From: an uncultured Flavobacteriales bacterium | GTDB taxonomy: Bacteria; Bacteroidota; Bacteroidia; Flavobacteriales; BACL11 | Assembly (NCBI GenBank): GCA_905181635.1 | Contig: CAJIYM010000004.1 | Coordinates: 78,264 to 142,263 of the forward strand | Direction: 5' to 3' | Length of the DNA: 64,000 nucleotides | Shown here: positions 58,594-64,000 of the stretch, piece by piece | How the letters are laid out: every line of letters begins with the position of its first letter | Position numbering within the stretch: the stretch's first letter is position 1 | Made by a program: the position numbers and the translations under genes | Notes under the pieces: model-generated | What the model was told of the DNA's origin: nothing | What the model saw: only the letters and a program-made list of their open reading frames with translations | The model's database searches: none

Positions 58594-59700
58594 TTAAATT
58601 CCTAATGCTAAAGCTAAGTAACCTACAACTAAAGCAACTACTAATCCAAATCCAGAAACAATAAATCCATCTTTTCTATTTTCTGCAAGTAAGGGAAAGA
58701 TTCCATCTCCACTCGTTGCTATAGCTGCTGCAATTAATGCTGATATAGGGAAATTAGGAATTGTAATAAAGGCTACAACTACAGCGATTACTCCCCCGCA
58801 TCCAGGTGTTACTCCTATTAAAGCTGCTAATAATATAACAACGTATGCTGATGATGTCATCCATATATCAAATGTCTCTGCACCCACAAGTATATCAATA
58901 ATATAGTTAGCAATAAATAAACCAATAAAAACGTATGTAACTACCATAGCAACATCTAATATCGCATGTAGTATACTCGATTTGATAGTGTTATTGAAGG
59001 AATAGCAATCATGGTTTTTGTAAATAAAAATACTTACACAATAATAAACTACACATGTAGAAGTAAGTAATACTGAAACCCAAAAAGTTAGAATTGAAAT
59101 GGAATCAATACTTCCACCCCATAAGGCCATAATAGAGCCTGGAGCTAAAAATATAGCCATTACTATAATAGCATAAAAACCCAGATTTTCAATAAACATG
59201 GCTGATAAGGTATTTTGCTTTATTTGAAGTTTTTGATCACCTATATGTTTTACCTGACTATTTTCAGAAACGGCTCTAAATCCTAAAATATCAAATAAAT
59301 AGCCAAAAACTATTCCTGCAATGAATCCAAAGATTGTAATTATTACATATGCTTTTAAGTTACCTGCAACATCAGCCTCATTGGAAGCGCCTAATAAGAC
59401 AAATGACCCTTCACCCAAGGTGCTAATGAAAGTAGCAAATAAACCCCCAAAGGATATTTTTTTATTTTTATATAATGACGCTACAACAATTGTTGCACCG
59501 CACCCAGGGATTGCTCCTAAAAAAGAGCCAATAATAGGGTGTGCCCACTTAGGACCAATCTGACTATCTACATTATCATGCCTTTTTTTAGTTGCAAAAC
59601 TAATTAGGGAGAAACCAATGATTGATAATGACACATACCCTCCTATTGCACCTGCTGATTCAAGATTATCTAAAATAAATGAGTAAAAATTAAATTCCAT
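58594..59700 (-). CDS. Polytopic permease with duplicated PGCG motif (putative 10-TM metal/metalloid exporter type)
   Basis: 368 aa, about 10 TM helices, with AIPGCGATIVVA in the first half and VTPGCGGVIAVV in the second. Family assignment from memory only. Confidence 0.4.
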   Translation of the reverse strand: MEFNFYSFILDNLESAGAIGGYVSLSIIGFSLISFATKKRHDNVDSQIGPKWAHPIIGSFLGAIPGCGATIVVASLYKNKKISFGGLFATFISTLGEGSFVLLGASNEADVAGNLKAYVIITIFGFIAGIVFGYLFDILGFRAVSENSQVKHIGDQKLQIKQNTLSAMFIENLGFYAIIVMAIFLAPGSIMALWGGSIDSISILTFWVSVLLTSTCVVYYCVSIFIYKNHDCYSFNNTIKSSILHAILDVAMVVTYVFIGLFIANYIIDILVGAETFDIWMTSSAYVVILLAALIGVTPGCGGVIAVVVAFITIPNFPISALIAAAIATSGDGIFPLLAENRKDGFIVSGFGLVVALVVGYLALALGI

Positions 59701-59776
59701 ATTTATATATACATTCTAGCTAAAGCGCGCAAATATAAATTATTTGAACTCAATCTTAAAAAATTAATTGCAAATA

Positions 59777-59911
59777 TTATTTCTGATAAGTTTGTATTGA
59801 CGAGAAATTTGGACAAGTATTACAACCATTTTTTTTAGAAATACCACAAGCGGTAAAAACAAGTAATGTGAAAATGAAAAAAAGATGATATTTTTGTATT
59901 TTTATAATCAT
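59777..59911 (-). CDS. Candidate 44-aa lipoprotein
   Basis: MIIKIQKYHLFFIFTLLVFTACGISKKNGCNTCPNFSSIQTYQK: hydrophobic h-region plus FTAC lipobox, mature part with CxxC. ATG..TAA. Below the ORF-track size cut-off. Confidence 0.35.
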   Translation of the reverse strand: MIIKIQKYHLFFIFTLLVFTACGISKKNGCNTCPNFSSIQTYQK

Positions 59912-59947
59912 ATGCAAATCTAAATAAATTACTTAATTTTAGCCGAT

Positions 59948-60688
59948 ATGATAAAACTACTTCATCATCTAGGACTATACTTCATTATGATGAAGAAAGT
60001 CATAAACAAGCCAGAAAATTGGGGTGTTTTCAGAAGACAGTTGGCATTAGAAATGGAGAAAGTTGGACTTAACTCAGTAGTTATAGTAATAATTCTTTCA
60101 TTTTTTGTCGGTGCTGTTGTAAGCATACAAACCTCTATTAACATGGATAATCCTTTGCTACCTTCTTATTTAGTAGGATTAGCGAGTAGAGATTCTTTGA
60201 TTTTAGAATTTTCTCCAACCATGATCTCGTTAATATTGGCAGGCAAAGTGGGGTCAAGTATTGCCTCTGAGTTAGGAAGTATGAGGGTAACTGAACAAAT
60301 TGATGCACTAGAAATAATGGGAATTAATTCTGCTAACTTTCTAATCTTACCAAAAGTTATTGCAGCGGTATTCTTTTTTCCATTCCTTATAATCATCAGT
60401 ATGGGGGTTGGTATGCTTGGTGCTTGGGTAGGCGGACTTTCAGCTAATATAACAACAGCTGATTTCATGTTTGGACTAAAATATGAATTTACTCCTTTCT
60501 ACATTAAATATGCAATTATAAAAACTATATTCTTTGCATTTATAATATCTACAGTATCTGCATATTTTGGCTACCACACTAAAGGTGGCGCAATAGCTGT
60601 TGGGAAAGCAAGTACTGCTGCTGTTGTAGCTAGTAGTATACTCATACTACTATTCAATTACATATTAACCGATATTATTTTATCATGA
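59948..60688 (+). CDS. mlaE: MlaE-family ABC transporter permease
   Basis: LGLYFIMMKKVINKPENWGVFRRQL start, EQIDALEIMGIN motif. 246 aa. Confidence 0.88.
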   Translation: MIKLLHHLGLYFIMMKKVINKPENWGVFRRQLALEMEKVGLNSVVIVIILSFFVGAVVSIQTSINMDNPLLPSYLVGLASRDSLILEFSPTMISLILAGKVGSSIASELGSMRVTEQIDALEIMGINSANFLILPKVIAAVFFFPFLIIISMGVGMLGAWVGGLSANITTADFMFGLKYEFTPFYIKYAIIKTIFFAFIISTVSAYFGYHTKGGAIAVGKASTAAVVASSILILLFNYILTDIILS

Positions 60689-61434
60689 TAGAAATAAAAA
60701 AAATTGAAAAATATTTTGGAAATAATCATGTATTAAAAAATGTATCCTTTCTTTTTGAAAGAGGTAAAACAAACCTAATAATAGGAGAGAGTGGATCTGG
60801 AAAAACAACTCTAATAAAAATATTAATTGGATTACACAAAATAGATAGTGGAAATATCCTATTTGATGGGGTAGATTTTAATGCTATAAAAATAAAAAAT
60901 CAAAGAAAGTTAAGACAAGAAATTGGCATGCTATTTCAAGGAGGTGCTCTTTACGATTACATGAGTGTTGAAGAAAATATTATGTTTCCGCTAAATATGT
61001 TTACAAAAAAAACAGAGATAGAAAAAATAGAACGTGTAAACTTCTGTCTTAAGAAAGTTAAATTAGAAGGGAAAAATGAGTTAATGCCCTCTGAACTAAG
61101 CGGGGGGATGACAAAAAGAGTTGCTATTGCTAGAGCAATAGTAATGCAACCCAGATACTTGTTGTGCGACGAACCGAACTCAGGTCTTGATCCAAAAACA
61201 GCTATTATAATTGACAAACTTATACAAGAAATTACTAAGGAATATAACATCACAACTATTGTTAATACTCATGACATGAACTCTGTAATGGAAATTGGCG
61301 AAAATATCACTTTTATCAACAAAGGTGAGATATGGTGGAAAGGAAATAAAGATGAGCTACTTAATTCAAACAATACAGAATTAAATGATTTTGTTTTTGC
61401 TTCAGAACTTTTTAAAAGATTAAAAAAATCGTAA
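60685..61434 (+). CDS. mlaF: MlaF-family ABC transporter ATP-binding protein
   Basis: GESGSGKTT, LSGGMTKRVAIARA, LLCDEPNSGLDP. 249 aa. Confidence 0.88.
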   Translation: MIEIKKIEKYFGNNHVLKNVSFLFERGKTNLIIGESGSGKTTLIKILIGLHKIDSGNILFDGVDFNAIKIKNQRKLRQEIGMLFQGGALYDYMSVEENIMFPLNMFTKKTEIEKIERVNFCLKKVKLEGKNELMPSELSGGMTKRVAIARAIVMQPRYLLCDEPNSGLDPKTAIIIDKLIQEITKEYNITTIVNTHDMNSVMEIGENITFINKGEIWWKGNKDELLNSNNTELNDFVFASELFKRLKKS

Positions 61435-62186
61435 TGAAGAATGTGAGAGCTAAAAAACACTTAGGACAGCATTTCTTAAATGATAAACAAATAGCTTATA
61501 ATATAACTGATTTATTAAGTGAAGGAACAAAAAATGTAGTAGAAATAGGTCCAGGTATGGGGGTACTTACTCAGTTTTTAGTAAAAAGAGATTTTACTAC
61601 AGAAGTAGTAGAAATTGATACAGAAAGTGTTTTCTATCTAAGACTGAATTACCCTACACTAAGTGTATATGAAGGAGATTTTTTACAAATTCAGTTAATA
61701 GAAAAATACCCATATCAATTTTCCTTGATTGGGAATTTCCCTTATAATATTTCTTCACAAATATTGTTTAAAGCTTTTGAAAACAGAGACCAAATTCCAG
61801 AGTTAATTGGCATGTTTCAAAAGGAAGTAGCAGAAAGAATTGTTTGTAAAAGAGGAAAGAAAAGAGGAATCCTATCTGTTTTCTTGCAAGCATTTTATGA
61901 CATTGAATATTGCTTCACAGTGAATGAAGATGTATTTACTCCACCGCCAAAAGTAAAATCAGGAGTTATAAAATTAGTTAGAAATAACAGAAAAGATCTC
62001 TCTGTTGACGAACAAAAATTTAAAAGAGTAGTAAAGACAGGTTTTAATCAAAGAAGAAAAACATTAAGAAATGCACTAAAACCTTTTAATTTAATAAATG
62101 AAGGTGAAATAGAACATTTACTTCAATTACGAGCTGAACAATTATCAGTTGACGATTTTATAAAACTAACCAATCATGTCGGATAG
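61434..62186 (+). CDS. rsmA: 16S rRNA (adenine1518/1519-N6)-dimethyltransferase
   Basis: KKHLGQHFLND, EIGPGMGVLT, GNFPYNISS. 250 aa. Confidence 0.94.
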   Translation: MKNVRAKKHLGQHFLNDKQIAYNITDLLSEGTKNVVEIGPGMGVLTQFLVKRDFTTEVVEIDTESVFYLRLNYPTLSVYEGDFLQIQLIEKYPYQFSLIGNFPYNISSQILFKAFENRDQIPELIGMFQKEVAERIVCKRGKKRGILSVFLQAFYDIEYCFTVNEDVFTPPPKVKSGVIKLVRNNRKDLSVDEQKFKRVVKTGFNQRRKTLRNALKPFNLINEGEIEHLLQLRAEQLSVDDFIKLTNHVG

Positions 62187-63528
62187 AATAGCAATAAATA
62201 GTTTCTATATTGAGCAAATAGCTAGTCTTATTGAAGTAAATAATTTTACTGAATTAAATTTAATTATTGCTGACTTACACATTGCTGACATAGCAGAAAT
62301 CATTGAAGATCTATCCATAGAGAATGCGCATTTTTTATTCAACCTAATTGAAGAAGGAAAATCAGCCTCCGTACTAGTTGAACTTGAAGACGATACTAGA
62401 GAAGAAATTCTATCTGATTTAACGGCAAAAGAAATTGCAGATAGAGTAATTGATAATTTAGAGTCAGATGATGCAGCAGATGTAATTGGGGAATTATCAG
62501 AAAACAAAAAAGAAGAAGTACTAGCGCTGATTGAGGATACTGAACGTGCAAGTGATATTAGTGACTTGTTAACTTATGCTGATGATACTGCTGGTGGATT
62601 AATGGCTAAAGAATTGATTAAAGTAAATGAAAACTGGACTACAATACAATGTCTTAAAGAAATGCGTAAACAGGCTGAGGAAGTAAAAGACGTTTACACA
62701 ATATATGTTGTTGATGATAAAGATAAATTACTCGGAATTTTATCATTAAGAAAATTATTACTAATTGAAAGAGATACAGCAATAAAAAATATTATTTTTA
62801 AAGAAATTATATCCATAAGAGTAACTGAGAATAATGAATATGTTGCAAATATAATGAATAAATATAACCTTATTACGATACCAGTAGTAGATGATTTTAA
62901 CCGATTGATTGGCAGAATTACTATTGATGATGTAATGGATGTAGTTAAAGATGAAGCTGAAAAAGATTACCAAATGGCATCTGGTATTTCGGAAGATGTA
63001 GAAAGTAGCGATACGGCTTGGGAGCTCACAAGAGCACGATTACCATGGCTACTTATTGGAATGATTGGAGGATTATTAGGAGCAAAAGTAATTGGAATTT
63101 TTGATTTAAGTGGCGATAATTTTGAATTAGCTTTTTTTATTCCACTCATTGCAGCAATGGGAGGAAATGTTGGCGTTCAATCAGCTGCAATAGTAGTGCA
63201 AGGTTTAGCAAATGATTCCTTAAAAATGGAAAATATATTTCAAAAATTAGTTAAAGAATTAGGTGTTGGACTTCTAAATGGAATTATCTGCTCAATCATT
63301 ATTCTTGTTGCTGCCTTTAGCTTAGGCTATAGCTTAGCATTGAGCCTTACGGTAAGCATCTCATTATTTGCAGTAATTGTTTTTGCAGCTGTTTTCGGAA
63401 CATTTATACCCTTAACTTTGGAAAAGTACAATATTGACCCAGCCTTAGCAACCGGTCCTTTTATCACAACAGTAAATGATGTTTTGGGTTTATTCATCTA
63501 TTTTATGATTGGACAAGCCATCCTATAA
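62176..63528 (+). CDS. mgtE: Magnesium transporter MgtE
   Basis: N-domain, tandem CBS, TM domain with GGNVGVQSAAIVVQG and PFITTVNDVLG. 450 aa. Confidence 0.94.
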   Translation: MSDRIAINSFYIEQIASLIEVNNFTELNLIIADLHIADIAEIIEDLSIENAHFLFNLIEEGKSASVLVELEDDTREEILSDLTAKEIADRVIDNLESDDAADVIGELSENKKEEVLALIEDTERASDISDLLTYADDTAGGLMAKELIKVNENWTTIQCLKEMRKQAEEVKDVYTIYVVDDKDKLLGILSLRKLLLIERDTAIKNIIFKEIISIRVTENNEYVANIMNKYNLITIPVVDDFNRLIGRITIDDVMDVVKDEAEKDYQMASGISEDVESSDTAWELTRARLPWLLIGMIGGLLGAKVIGIFDLSGDNFELAFFIPLIAAMGGNVGVQSAAIVVQGLANDSLKMENIFQKLVKELGVGLLNGIICSIIILVAAFSLGYSLALSLTVSISLFAVIVFAAVFGTFIPLTLEKYNIDPALATGPFITTVNDVLGLFIYFMIGQAIL

Positions 63529-63529
63529 T

Positions 63530-64000
63530 ATGAAGATTCTTTTTATTGATACTGTCCATCCTTTACTAAAACAAGAATTAGAAAAAGAAAATCATATTTG
63601 CGATTCAGCTTACAATAAAAGCAAAACTGAAATTCAGCAAATTATCAGTAATTATCAAGGGATAATTATCAGAAGTAGATTCAAAATTGACAAGCAATTT
63701 ATTGATTGTGGTAGCAACTTAAAATTCATAGCCCGAGCTGGTAGTGGGTTGGAAAATATTGATGTAGAATATGCTGAAAATAAAAATATCCATTGTTATA
63801 ATGCAGCTGAAGGCAATCGACAAGCAGTAGCCGAACACGCATTAGGCATGTTACTTTCCTTATTTAATAATTTAAATAATGCTGACCAAGAAGTTAGAGA
63901 AGGAAAATGGGAGCGAGAAAGAAATAGAGGCATAGAACTTGCTGGAAAAACAGTTGGAATAATTGGTTATGGAAATAATGGATCAGCCTTTGCAGAAGTA
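63530..64000 (+). CDS. D-isomer-specific 2-hydroxyacid dehydrogenase (phosphoglycerate dehydrogenase-like), N-terminal part; runs off the right edge
   Basis: ATG at 63530, frame open to the window end: MKILFIDTVHP...LKFIARAGSGLENIDV...NRQAVAEHALGMLL...GKTVGIIGYGNNGSAFAE (NAD GxGxxG). Confidence 0.8.
   Translation, partial: MKILFIDTVHPLLKQELEKENHICDSAYNKSKTEIQQIISNYQGIIIRSRFKIDKQFIDCGSNLKFIARAGSGLENIDVEYAENKNIHCYNAAEGNRQAVAEHALGMLLSLFNNLNNADQEVREGKWERERNRGIELAGKTVGIIGYGNNGSAFAEV

Noticed and set aside
1-64000. Looked for CRISPR repeats, tRNA/rRNA genes, transposase/integrase genes, phage modules, toxin-antitoxin pairs and defence-island hallmarks (nucleases, STAND/AAA+ sensors, reverse transcriptases, methyltransferase-restriction pairs).
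   Set aside because: None recognised. Intergenic regions are short (all under ~260 bp) and lack cloverleaf-like or regularly spaced repeat structure. Every large ORF has a housekeeping, envelope or glycan-synthesis assignment, apart from the 270-aa, 88-aa and TPR-like hypotheticals.

Overview
Visibly AT-rich chromosomal window from a member of the Bacteroidota, most likely class Flavobacteriia. Supporting this: gldB/gldC, a porP-gldK-gldL-gldM-gldN block, a Bacteroidota-style dcw cluster without murF, and TAnnTTTG-type promoter boxes. It holds about 65 densely packed protein-coding genes, many with 1-14 nt start/stop overlaps. Layout: (i) 1-11.4 kb, minus strand: a translationally coupled surface-polysaccharide locus. 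It contains a Wzx fragment at the edge, a GpsA-TagD fusion, a PglF/PglE/PglC-like amino-sugar module, a GT2, a PAPS-type sulfotransferase, an unassigned 270-aa ORF, a Wzy-like protein, a MurJ-like flippase, a ugd remnant and a Wzz-like protein. (ii) 11.6-17.2 kb: the T9SS/gliding core porP-gldKLMN. (iii) 17.4-27.2 kb: an arginase-fold protein, topA, miaB, a domain-minimal sigma-54 activator, lptE-like, secG and groES-groEL. (iv) 27.5-42.6 kb: the dcw cluster mraZ-rsmH-ftsL-ftsI-murE-mraY-murD-ftsW-murG-murC-ftsQ-ftsA-ftsZ. Only murG and murC are broken, by about ten frameshifts, while everything around them is intact. (v) 42.8-64 kb: housekeeping genes (engB, gldBC, nadE, lnt, pssA, purS, lptB, tatC, kdsD, recQ, mlaEF, rsmA, mgtE and others). 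I saw no rRNA, tRNA, CRISPR array, transposase/integrase, prophage or recognisable defence genes. I cannot point to a clear-cut novel multi-gene system. The most unusual items are the localised murC/murG frameshift patch, the anionic-glycan locus abutting the T9SS operon (GpsA-TagD fusion, sulfotransferase, possible FemAB/GNAT-like ORF), a sigma-54-like element upstream of groES, and a phased GTGGG operator upstream of mraZ. All calls rest on reading the ORF track and sequence by eye and on remembered family motifs; no database search or computation was possible.
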